From contig JANOGR010000043.1 in NCBI GenBank assembly GCA_031406095.1, forward strand, positions 1 through 53,478: a stretch of 53,478 bases of DNA, given 5' to 3'. Source of the stretch: Ignavibacteriales bacterium (GTDB lineage Bacteria > Bacteroidota > Ignavibacteria > UBA10030). Of this stretch, positions 26,860 through 35,628 are shown piece by piece; within the stretch, counting starts at the first letter, position 1, and every line of letters starts with the position of its first letter. Under the pieces are notes generated by a model. It was not told the origin of the DNA, did no database searches, and was given only the letters and a program-made list of their open reading frames with translations. The position numbers were made by a program, and so were the translations under genes.

Positions 26860-28182
26860 TCACGGAGATTTCTCTGCTTTCATAGAGGGAATCATTGTGT
26901 GCTCCAACTCGACATGACTCGTCTGAAAAAACTTCTTGTTCTTAAGGAGTTCGCTCACTTTCACTTCCACGTTTCCCTCCACGAGCAGCGACGGAAGGTA
27001 GAGCGGTGCGCACCCCATGCCTTCCATGGACCCGCTTTGTTCCTCCGGAACCTCCGTGGCCACGGCCAGCTTGCTTAATTCCGACGGAGCTTCACAAACC
27101 GAACAAATGAGCTCTCCTTCTTTCATGTAGTAATAACCGTAGTTGTAACACGCCCTGCATGCATCGAATGCCGTTGCAAACGTACCCGTCCCCGTGCGGA
27201 GACTGAAGAATCGAATGTTGGTTCCGTCGTCGTCCACCCAGACGAACCTGTGCAGCTTTCCGTCGATCAACTGGTCGATGGGTACTTTGATCACGCCAGC
27301 GACTGCCTGAACCGGTTGGGGTCTCGAGATCTCAACCGACGACCTTGAAGCAAAGACACTCTCGAAACCAAGAAAGAAGATGACCGAAAGACAAACGAAT
27401 CCGGCGGATAATTGCCAGGGCCGCCCAGGCGTTTTTTCTTGACTGGTTTTCCCGCCTGGAATGATGAACATAATTGCGGGAATACTCACGATTGCCAGAA
27501 TGAACAGGAGATTATTCCTGACGATGGGCCCGACAATTCCCATCATTTTCGGGCTTGCCGGAAATACGCCGAGCTCGTAAAATTCATGCACGCCGTTAAT
27601 GATAAGCTGGACGATGAAAATCAGGAGGACAATCGCGGTGACGTTCAAAAATCGACCTACATCAACACGAATGCTACCTTTGACAAAAAAGACGCCGAAA
27701 GCAACTGAAAGTGCAATCCCAAGGACAGCCCCCAGAACACCCGACGAAAACACGTTGCCCCCCGATGCCGCCCGCAGGAAAATGACGGTCTCAATGCCTT
27801 CCCGCGCCACCATCAAAAATGTAAACAGGAAAACACCCAGCATGAGCCGCCAGGACGAGGTCGCATCCTTTACCATCCCGCCGACTTTTTGCTCAATGTC
27901 GTTTCTGATATGCCGCGAGGTGCGCCACATCCAGACGATCATCGTCGTCACGAATGCCGCAGCGATAAACATGAGATAACCTTCGAACAACTCGTAGTCC
28001 AGGGAGAGTTTTTCAAGAATGATTGCAACAATTACGCTTGCCGCGAGGGACGCCGCAAGGCCCAAATGCACGTATTTCTTGAGCTCCGATTTGTCGTTCG
28101 TCCTCAAGTATACCAAGAGGATTCCGACAATGAGCGCAATCTCAACACCTTCACGAAACGTTATGATGAGTGTTTCAAGCAT
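26860..28182 (-). CDS. FTR1-family iron permease fused to a Cys-rich DUF2318-like domain
   Basis: 440 aa. Two REXXE motifs (FREGVEIAL, AREGIETVIF) sit in a 7-TM N-terminal half. The C-terminal domain has CRACYNYG...CSVCEAP (CxxC...CxxC). Confidence 0.8.
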   Translation of the reverse strand: MLETLIITFREGVEIALIVGILLVYLRTNDKSELKKYVHLGLAASLAASVIVAIILEKLSLDYELFEGYLMFIAAAFVTTMIVWMWRTSRHIRNDIEQKVGGMVKDATSSWRLMLGVFLFTFLMVAREGIETVIFLRAASGGNVFSSGVLGAVLGIALSVAFGVFFVKGSIRVDVGRFLNVTAIVLLIFIVQLIINGVHEFYELGVFPASPKMMGIVGPIVRNNLLFILAIVSIPAIMFIIPGGKTSQEKTPGRPWQLSAGFVCLSVIFFLGFESVFASRSSVEISRPQPVQAVAGVIKVPIDQLIDGKLHRFVWVDDDGTNIRFFSLRTGTGTFATAFDACRACYNYGYYYMKEGELICSVCEAPSELSKLAVATEVPEEQSGSMEGMGCAPLYLPSLLVEGNVEVKVSELLKNKKFFQTSHVELEHTMIPSMKAEKSP

Positions 28183-28300
28183 TCTTTTGGATCATGAAAA
28201 ATGGACGCGAGTTTCTGTGATTAAACGCCGACTAATTTAGTCCGATTAAGGGCGGGTGTCAAGAAAAAAGTTGCGAATTCCTCCAAAAAATGCCTATTTT

Positions 28301-28319
28301 GATAATGACACTCATTTCT
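28301..28319. promoter_or_regulatory. Fur-box-like operator in the divergent FTR1 / SDR intergenic region
   Basis: GATAATGACACTCATTTCT matches 14/19 positions of GATAATGATAATCATTATC. It lies 119 nt upstream of the FTR1 ATG. Confidence 0.5.
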
Positions 28320-28378
28320 GATTTCCCCTTTTCTTTTTCGGGTTCAAAATTTCTCTCTTTTCGGGATACTCTGATTCG

Positions 28379-29137
28379 ATGATGCTCACACTTGACGGCA
28401 GGGTTGCCTTCGTGACAGGTGGATCGCGGGGGATTGGTGCGGCGGTTTCCAAATTGTTGGCTCGATCGGGTGCATCTGTTTGTTTCACGTATCTCAACGA
28501 CGACCGAAGCGCCCGGCGTTGTGAGGATGAGATTCTGAGGATAGGTCAATCCTGCATGAAGCAAAAGATTGAAGTTTCCAACGCATTAAAAGTGCGCAAG
28601 GCTGTGGATGCGGTCCTTGAGCGGTTCAAACGAATCGACATTCTCGTGAATAATGCAGGGGTGTGGAAGCGAGGAGAGATCGGAAAAATGTCGGAGGAGC
28701 AATGGGATGAAACACTCGATGTGAATCTCAAAGGGACCTTCCTCTTCTGCAACGCCGTCGCTCCAGTCATGAAGAAGCAGTCTTGGGGACGCATTGTCAA
28801 CATTGCAAGCACTGCAGGCCAACGCGGTGAGGCTTTTTATTCACATTACGCGGCTTCCAAAGGTGCTGTGATCGCGTTTACGAAGTCCATCGCTGTCGAA
28901 CTGGCCCCCCACAACATTAACGCCAACTGTGTAGCGCCCGGCTGGGTTGATACCGACATGACGGCAAATATTCTGCAAAAGCGATCGGAGAGAAAAGTTA
29001 TAGAACGCATCATTCCGCGTGGAAAAGTCGCAACGCCCGAGGATATTGCCGGCGCTGTTTTGTTTCTCGCGTCCGACCTTGCCGATCACATCGTCGGTGC
29101 AACCATTAATGTGAATGGAGGCGGTGTGTTGATGTAA
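28379..29137 (+). CDS. short-chain dehydrogenase/reductase (FabG-like)
   Basis: 252 aa. Contains TGGSRGIG, NNAG and the catalytic YAASK. Confidence 0.85.
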   Translation: MMLTLDGRVAFVTGGSRGIGAAVSKLLARSGASVCFTYLNDDRSARRCEDEILRIGQSCMKQKIEVSNALKVRKAVDAVLERFKRIDILVNNAGVWKRGEIGKMSEEQWDETLDVNLKGTFLFCNAVAPVMKKQSWGRIVNIASTAGQRGEAFYSHYAASKGAVIAFTKSIAVELAPHNINANCVAPGWVDTDMTANILQKRSERKVIERIIPRGKVATPEDIAGAVLFLASDLADHIVGATINVNGGGVLM

Positions 29138-29231
29138 CAAAGATTTTATTTTCTTTGAGTTTCACGTCAGAATCGTTATATTTTGATCGCTTTTTCTTGC
29201 ACCACGATTGTCCCCACTCAGAAGGAGCGCG

Positions 29232-30362
29232 ATGCGACACAACAACAAGTTCCTCACTGGCAAGAAGATCAATCCGTTTCCGATCCCTAAAAACATCAAC
29301 CTCGTCGACCTCGTCGACAATCATTTTCAGGCATATAACGCCGCCCGTTTACGAGAAGCTTGTCATTTGTTCACACAAAAAATGCTCCAACCGAACGTCA
29401 CGGTCGGCATGAGCATTACCGGGGCGCTCACGCCCGCCGGCCTCGGCGGGTCCTGCATTGTCCCATTGATGGAAGCGGGCTTCGTCGATTGGATCGTCAG
29501 CACGGGGGCCAACTTGTATCACGATACACACTTTGCCATCGGACATTCACTGCACCAGGGCTCTCCTTTCATCGATGACCGGATCCTCCGCAAACAATCC
29601 GTCATCCGCATTTATGACATCCTTTTTAGCTACAATGTTTTGCTCGACACGGACGACTTCTACCGGAAAATAATTGATGCGCCGGAGTTCCAGATTGAAA
29701 TGAGTACGGCAGAATTCCATTACCGGATGGGCAGGTATGTTTCTGAGCGGGAACGCGTGTTGAAGGTCAAAACCAAAAGTATCCTGGGCACGGCCTACAA
29801 ACTGGGCGTTCCGGTTTATACTTCGTCACCTGGGGACAGCTCGATTGGAATGAATGTGGCTGAGAGGGCCCTTTTTGGGAATCAACTGCGGTTTGACGTG
29901 TGCGCCGACGTGAATGAAACGGCGGGTATCGTGTTGGACGCGAAACGCAAAAATGGATTGAGCGGGGTACTGATTTTTGGAGGAGGCTCTCCGAAAAACT
30001 TCATTCTCCAGACAGAGCCCCAAATCCAGGAGGTGTTGAAAATCAACGAAAAGGGCCACGATTTCTTCATCCAGATTACCGATGCACGGCCTGACACAGG
30101 CGGGCTTTCTGGCGCAACTCCATCCGAGGCTGTGAGTTGGGGCAAGATTGACCCGGATAAATTACCAGATACTGTTGTCGCGTATCTGGATTCGACTTTG
30201 GCGATGCCCATCATGACCTCGTATGCCTTGGCCAAAAGGAAACCACGGAAACCAAAACGGCTCTATGACCGGAGGCTGGAAATGGTGGAAGTTTTGAAGC
30301 ACGAGGCTGAGAAAGCTTATAAGAAATACCATCGAACTCGACTCGACAAATACCGCATCTAG
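29232..30362 (+). CDS. deoxyhypusine synthase-like protein (bacterial homologue; likely polyamine aminobutyl transferase)
   Basis: ATG at 29232 follows AGAAGGAG. DHS-like blocks are present ([30 protein letters not shown]). Confidence 0.75.
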   Translation: MRHNNKFLTGKKINPFPIPKNINLVDLVDNHFQAYNAARLREACHLFTQKMLQPNVTVGMSITGALTPAGLGGSCIVPLMEAGFVDWIVSTGANLYHDTHFAIGHSLHQGSPFIDDRILRKQSVIRIYDILFSYNVLLDTDDFYRKIIDAPEFQIEMSTAEFHYRMGRYVSERERVLKVKTKSILGTAYKLGVPVYTSSPGDSSIGMNVAERALFGNQLRFDVCADVNETAGIVLDAKRKNGLSGVLIFGGGSPKNFILQTEPQIQEVLKINEKGHDFFIQITDARPDTGGLSGATPSEAVSWGKIDPDKLPDTVVAYLDSTLAMPIMTSYALAKRKPRKPKRLYDRRLEMVEVLKHEAEKAYKKYHRTRLDKYRI

Positions 30363-30386
30363 TCACATTTTTTACGGAGAATCAGT

Positions 30387-30593
30387 ATGGATCGTTTTCA
30401 GGAACTCGTCGACATGGTTCAAACTTTCAAAGAGGATTTCGACAAGTTTTACATGAAACAGAACAAATCGGCCGGCGTTCGTCTCCGAAAACACATGGCC
30501 ACCTTGAAGCGAAAAGCGCAGGACATTCGCAACGAAGTCCAGGACGTCAAAGCCAAGATGAAGGAAGAACCAGGCTCTCCTCCCAGCGCCTGA
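30387..30593 (+). CDS. histone H1-like (Hc1 family) small basic protein
   Basis: 68 aa. The pattern KFYMKQNKSAGVRLRKHMATLKRKAQDIRNEVQ matches the Hc1-like consensus (KFY..N..AG.RLRK.M..LK..AQ.IR). Confidence 0.7.
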   Translation: MDRFQELVDMVQTFKEDFDKFYMKQNKSAGVRLRKHMATLKRKAQDIRNEVQDVKAKMKEEPGSPPSA

Positions 30594-30675
30594 TTCTGAC
30601 ACAAGATCCGGAGGCGAAGAAGAACTCGTCCGCCCTCCGTGCTTCGCTCCAAAAACACTCAAACAGGGAAGATTG

Positions 30676-33204
30676 ATGAAAAAAAGTTTTCTCCTCGTCG
30701 TCCTGTTGTGCCCGCTGCACCGCCTTGCATCTTTTCAGGAAGCGACGGGCATTATCCCCACTCCGCAGCAAGTCACCATGAAGCCGGCAAAATTCAAGAT
30801 CACCTCGTCCACGAAAATCGTTCTCGGAACAGGCATGTCTCGCGAAGACGGGTTTGCTGCAAGCCAGGTCAATCATCAGTTGGCGGAGATGAAAGGCCCT
30901 TATGTGAAAACCGTCGACGAGGAGTCGCTCCGCCGGTTTGCACCGAACTTTGTTTACATCGGCACACCCGAGAGCGAACGCGGGAGGGAGTTCTTGAAGG
31001 AGCGAAAAGGCAGGCTCACGAAGGAAATGAGAGAGGAAGGGTATTTCCTTGACGTAACCATGGAGGGCGTCGTCATTATCGCGCACAGTGCCACGGGAAG
31101 GTTTTACGGTGTCATGTCTCTGCTTCAACTGATCGAACGTGAAAAGAAAAGCCTTGTTGTCCCGGGCGTCTCGATTCACGACTGGCCCCTTCAGAAGGTC
31201 CGGGGCATAACAGACGATCTGAGTCGTGGTCAGGTGTCGACATTCGACAATTTCAAAAAAATCATCCGTTTCCTTTCCCGTTACAAATTGAACGTCTATT
31301 CACCCTACATCGAAGACATTTTTACATTTAAGAGCCACCCTCTCGTTGGAAAAGGCCGGGGAGAACTCACGGCCAAAGAAATGCAGGAGCTCGACCAGTA
31401 TGCAAAAACATACCATGTCGAGTTGATACCCATCTTCGAAACACTCGGCCACTGGGAAAACATTTTTGCCCTTCCCGAGTACATCAAATATGCCGAGTTT
31501 CCCGGGGCGCACACAGTCAACATTTCCGATGAACGTGTGTATAAAATCCTCGATGAGATGATCGGTGAAATAGCCGGTGCGTTCAGCTCTCCCTATTTCA
31601 ACATGGCGGCAGATGAGTCCTGGGATGTCGGCCTTGGTGTGAACAAGCAGCGAGTTGCGGGGAGCGACATTGCGACGGTCCATGCCGAGCATTACAAGCG
31701 TTTGTTCGAGATCCTCAAGAAGCACAAAAAGAAACCGCTCATGTACGGCGACATCATCTTGTCGCATCCTTCGATCCTCGAAAAGATTCCAAAAGACGTT
31801 ATCATCGTCGACTGGCAGTATTATGTTTCGGACAACTATGGAAGCCCTGCGATTTTCAAAGCCGCAGGTTTTCCGTTCGTGGTTTCACCCGCCGTCTGGA
31901 ACTTCACCGGCCCGTTCCCAAATTTTGTGAACACGTTTGTGAATGTTCAGAATCTGAACCGGGAAGGATTTCTGAATGGCTCGATGGGCATCCACACTTC
32001 CAACTGGAACGACTACGGAGGAGAGGCCCTGCGCGAGCTGAACTATTATGGTTATGCCTGGACGGCGGAATGTGCCTGGCAGCCTTTACGCGCCAACGCG
32101 TCGGATTTCAATCGCAGGTTTTTTGCCGACTTTTTTGGTTCCGCCGACGCGGCCGAACCTGCACTTACCGTTTACGCACTCCTTTCCAATCCGCTCAACC
32201 TGTTCACATGGCACGAGTTGTGGCGCCACCCCATGCTGCCGCTCGTCCCGGCATCAAACGCGTTGTGGCGGATTCAGAACATCAGAGCAAATATGCCTCT
32301 CGTGCAGCGGCTCATCCAGCAAGTGCGTTCGTCCGCAACGCGCAACCTCGATCATTTGCAATACCTGGAGTTTGTCGAAAGTCTGAATCTGTGGTTTGCC
32401 GGGAAGCTGGAAACGGGTGAAGCGGTTCGCAAGCTGACGCAGAACATCCCTCCCTCTGCCAAGAGAGATTCTGTCCAACGCGCAGCACTCGAAATGACAA
32501 AAGATGTTACGGATGAGCTGGGAAAACTCAAGACCCAATTCAAACGACTGTGGCTGACAACAAACCGGGATGCCAACCTGAACTGGCTTTTGATGCGGTA
32601 CGACCGTCAGGTTTCATACTGGAATGAAAAAATTCAGGAGCTGAAGCGAGGCGACCTCTGGGTCGATCCGTTCATCGAGAGCAGATGGATCTACCATCCA
32701 AAAGCGAACCCGCGGATGAGAGATACTGTGGTGACGCAGGTTCCGAAAGCGTACTTTCGTCGGTCGTTTTCTGTCGACGACACGGCGACGGGGGCAACAT
32801 TGCAGCTCATCGGAGACACTCAGGCGAAAATATGGCTGAACGGAAGCCAACAGGGTGAAGTGTTCGCACGACATTCTTTGTCTTTTTCTGTTGAACACCA
32901 GCGCGTCAAGGTGTGGGACATTTCGAAGAAGCTGAAAAAAGGCAAGAATGTTATCGCTGTTGAAACAGCAAACTATGACCCGTTTGGTTCCGCGGGAATC
33001 AATGTGTACACTGAATTCTCGTCGCCGGCAAAAGGTGTCACAAAAATTCTTTCGGACTCGACATGGCGAGTTTCCGAGCTTTCCGCAACCGGGTGGGCCA
33101 ATCCGGAATTCAGCGATACTGCATGGCTCTTCGCAAAGTCTTTTCCCCATCCTTCCCCTATCATCCGCCCCAACTTTTTCGACAGGCCGCTCAAGCTGGA
33201 TTGA
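30676..33204 (+). CDS. secreted glycoside hydrolase family 20-like (beta-N-acetylhexosaminidase) with extra C-terminal domain
   Basis: About 842 aa. Has a signal peptide and a GH20-like core (IHDWPLQKVRGITDDLSRG, ...NMAADESWD with a D-E pair). The C-terminal region resembles a sugar-binding beta-sandwich. Confidence 0.7.
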   Translation: MKKSFLLVVLLCPLHRLASFQEATGIIPTPQQVTMKPAKFKITSSTKIVLGTGMSREDGFAASQVNHQLAEMKGPYVKTVDEESLRRFAPNFVYIGTPESERGREFLKERKGRLTKEMREEGYFLDVTMEGVVIIAHSATGRFYGVMSLLQLIEREKKSLVVPGVSIHDWPLQKVRGITDDLSRGQVSTFDNFKKIIRFLSRYKLNVYSPYIEDIFTFKSHPLVGKGRGELTAKEMQELDQYAKTYHVELIPIFETLGHWENIFALPEYIKYAEFPGAHTVNISDERVYKILDEMIGEIAGAFSSPYFNMAADESWDVGLGVNKQRVAGSDIATVHAEHYKRLFEILKKHKKKPLMYGDIILSHPSILEKIPKDVIIVDWQYYVSDNYGSPAIFKAAGFPFVVSPAVWNFTGPFPNFVNTFVNVQNLNREGFLNGSMGIHTSNWNDYGGEALRELNYYGYAWTAECAWQPLRANASDFNRRFFADFFGSADAAEPALTVYALLSNPLNLFTWHELWRHPMLPLVPASNALWRIQNIRANMPLVQRLIQQVRSSATRNLDHLQYLEFVESLNLWFAGKLETGEAVRKLTQNIPPSAKRDSVQRAALEMTKDVTDELGKLKTQFKRLWLTTNRDANLNWLLMRYDRQVSYWNEKIQELKRGDLWVDPFIESRWIYHPKANPRMRDTVVTQVPKAYFRRSFSVDDTATGATLQLIGDTQAKIWLNGSQQGEVFARHSLSFSVEHQRVKVWDISKKLKKGKNVIAVETANYDPFGSAGINVYTEFSSPAKGVTKILSDSTWRVSELSATGWANPEFSDTAWLFAKSFPHPSPIIRPNFFDRPLKLD

Positions 33205-33373
33205 ACGCCAGTAGTACTGGACTCAGGCAGCCCGAAAACGTAACTCGCCAACTCCCCCTGTTCAGTGATATTAAAGTTTGTTAATTGTCGCTCTTTAAAT
33301 GCATTTTTCATGTAAAACTGATACATTTGAGTCACTCAACTTCCACAAGTTTCTTCCATCGGGAGCACGGTTC

Positions 33374-33547
33374 ATGAAGAAGTACATCGTTCTTGGTTTA
33401 GTCGCAGGTCTTACGATTTCCGCCTTGCTGGTTTTTATTCGCCGCAAGCGATTGGCGGGAACGGAGTTCCGCGGGTTCTTCGATTCTTCAGCGGTGGCTG
33501 ACGAGTTGTTCGGAGACGCGTTCGAAGAGCTTCCCGACAAACCGTAA
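33374..33547 (+). CDS. small single-pass membrane protein
   Basis: 57 aa from the internal ATG (MKKYIVLGLVAGLTISALLVFIRRKR...). A strong terminator follows. Confidence 0.45.
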   Translation: MKKYIVLGLVAGLTISALLVFIRRKRLAGTEFRGFFDSSAVADELFGDAFEELPDKP

Positions 33548-33577
33548 AGTCACTACAAAACGATTTTTTATTCGCCG

Positions 33578-33608
33578 AAGGCGAGGATTTTTCCTCGCCT
33601 TTTTTATT
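33578..33608 (+). terminator. intrinsic terminator
   Basis: AAGGCGAGGA-TTTT-TCCTCGCCTT followed by a T-run. Confidence 0.8.
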
Positions 33609-33678
33609 TCCTGGAATTCCGAATTCTGGCGAAGGCTGTGCGTGGAAATTCGGAATTCTTTCTTAGATTCAGATCATC

Positions 33679-34437
33679 ATGTGCGGCCGCTACGCGATTA
33701 TTGACGGGAAGAAGTTCTTCCTGACTTTTGAAAAGATGAAAAACCTGGAAGTGCGCGGGCAGCCGTTCGAAACTCTTCCCCGCTACAACGCCGCCCCGAC
33801 GGACAGCCTTCCTGTCATCGCAACGCGTCATCAGAAAACCGGCATAGAACGGATGCGCTGGTGGCTCATCCCTCACACTTCCAGAGACGGCCAGCCCCTC
33901 AAGGGCCCGGATAGCCGGCCGTTGGCTGCGTTCAACGCAAAGGGCGAAACGCTCGAAACGAGCAGAATGTTTTCTCCGTATTTCACGAATGCACGATGTC
34001 TTGTTCCTGCCGACGCGTTTTATGAATGGAAAAAAAATCTTGTGACGGCTGTGGTGAGAGGAAGGAAAAAGGAATCCGTCGAAAGACAACCGGTAGCCTT
34101 TCGCATGAAAGATGACAGGATGTTCATGTTTGCAGGTCTGTTCTCCGTTTGGAAAAACGAGCAGGGAGAGGAATTTCCGAGTTTTGCAATTATCACTACG
34201 GAGCCGAACGAACTGGTAAGTCCAATTCACAACCGCATGCCCGTGATCCTCGGGGAGAAAGACTTCGATCCATGGCTCGACCGTGACAATAAGAATACCG
34301 GAGAACTCAAAGATCTCCTTATTCCCTATCCCGCTGAAAAGATGAAAGCGTACCCGGTGTCGAAACTCGTGAATTCTAACCGCAATGATGTTCAGGAGTG
34401 CCTGAATCCGAGCGAGACTGAGACCTCCTTGTTTTGA
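33679..34437 (+). CDS. SOS response-associated peptidase (SRAP/YedK family)
   Basis: 252 aa. Has the invariant N-terminal MCGRY and a later NRMPVIL block. Confidence 0.9.
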   Translation: MCGRYAIIDGKKFFLTFEKMKNLEVRGQPFETLPRYNAAPTDSLPVIATRHQKTGIERMRWWLIPHTSRDGQPLKGPDSRPLAAFNAKGETLETSRMFSPYFTNARCLVPADAFYEWKKNLVTAVVRGRKKESVERQPVAFRMKDDRMFMFAGLFSVWKNEQGEEFPSFAIITTEPNELVSPIHNRMPVILGEKDFDPWLDRDNKNTGELKDLLIPYPAEKMKAYPVSKLVNSNRNDVQECLNPSETETSLF

Positions 34438-34449
34438 TGCATACACGAT

Positions 34450-34481
34450 CGGTAGGGGCTTGATTAATCAAACCCCTACCG
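34450..34481. terminator. hairpin between convergent genes (bidirectional terminator candidate)
   Basis: CGGTAGGGG...CCCCTACCG stem with an internal TTGATTAATCAA palindrome. Confidence 0.5.
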
Positions 34482-34506
34482 TGTTATCCCTCTTACAGAG
34501 ATTGAC

Positions 34507-35493
34507 CTATGATGTTGCGAAAGATAAATCCAGAGAGGACGAAGTTGGGACTATATTGCAAATGCTCTGAAGCTGAGGATGAGAATTCACAATGCTTCGT
34601 GGAGCCGAGACTTTGCGGGATGTATTATCGATAATGTGTCTTAACTGGAATCCATTCACAAGCGAATGCGCCTGCGGGTCTGTGTGAAATATTGCAAAAG
34701 TTGAATCGGATTTCGTTCTGACTTTCTGAATGTATTCGACCAGCTCGTCCAGTCCTTTTTGCGGGTAATAATAGTTATAACGATCGTTCACCATATATTT
34801 CCCGTTCTCTTCAACCCTCCATGGCCTGTCCCAGGTTTTTCCGTTGCGTCCCATAAGGCGGAAAAAGGCTGTTCCACCTGAAGCAAACGTCGTCAAGGGC
34901 ATGTGTTGCTTGATCCTGGGAAGGTCCACGTTGACGACATTCAGGCCACTTTCCTGTAATCGGTGTATCGTCTCCGGGTTATTCCACGACAAATGTCTCA
35001 CTTCGACAAAGAGCCGGTGGGTCGGAAATAGCTTCCTCAATTGCTCAACATATTCGAGGCGCTCTTTGAGGTTTGTAAATGAATACGGAAACTGGAGCAG
35101 GAGGCCCGCTAATTTTCCGTTCTGAAGAAGAGGATCCAGTAAGCGACGGATGCTCAGAACATCGTTCCTCGTCGCCTGGAAGGTGTGCGTGAAGCCCCGG
35201 AATAATTTCACGATGAAAACGAATCTCTCGTTTCCGGAAACATCCTGAAGCCACTGACGGGAATGCTTTTCGCTCAGTGAAGTGTTGTAAAACGTCGAGT
35301 TGACCTCCACACAATCAAAATACCTGCTGTAAAACTCGAGCTTTCTGAAGCCTTTCGGAAATTTTGGAGGGTAGAAATACTTGTTGAACGAAGGGAGTTC
35401 CCATCCCCCCATTCCGATAATAACCTTACTGGGTTCAGGATTCATATACGGGTAATACGACATTTTTGTCGTGTTGTCAATTCGACCTGACAT
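34507..35493 (-). CDS. DUF72 (UPF0759) family protein
   Basis: 328 aa. Contains the IIGMGGWELPSF...YYP start and later NSTFY and VEVRH blocks typical of DUF72. The start could be a downstream Met. Confidence 0.75.
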   Translation of the reverse strand: MSGRIDNTTKMSYYPYMNPEPSKVIIGMGGWELPSFNKYFYPPKFPKGFRKLEFYSRYFDCVEVNSTFYNTSLSEKHSRQWLQDVSGNERFVFIVKLFRGFTHTFQATRNDVLSIRRLLDPLLQNGKLAGLLLQFPYSFTNLKERLEYVEQLRKLFPTHRLFVEVRHLSWNNPETIHRLQESGLNVVNVDLPRIKQHMPLTTFASGGTAFFRLMGRNGKTWDRPWRVEENGKYMVNDRYNYYYPQKGLDELVEYIQKVRTKSDSTFAIFHTDPQAHSLVNGFQLRHIIDNTSRKVSAPRSIVNSHPQLQSICNIVPTSSSLDLSFATS

Positions 35494-35628
35494 TTTTGGC
35501 GTTCATATTCCGTTTAATCCCCCTTGATTTTCACTACAATTCTCGTAGTTTAACGTCTGCTCGTCGATTTGCTTCAATCCGTTTTACCCCTGCCTGCCGG
35601 CAGGCAGGTCGCCCCCTCACCTAAGCCC

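Noticed and set aside
30372-30662. 96-aa and 69-aa minus-strand ORFs overlapping the Hc1-like gene
   Set aside because: The plus-strand product matches the Hc1-like consensus and has its own RBS. The antisense products are low-complexity.
33604-34446. 280-aa minus-strand ORF opposite the SRAP gene
   Set aside because: The plus strand begins with the invariant MCGRY of SRAP peptidases. The antisense ORF would also run through the upstream terminator.
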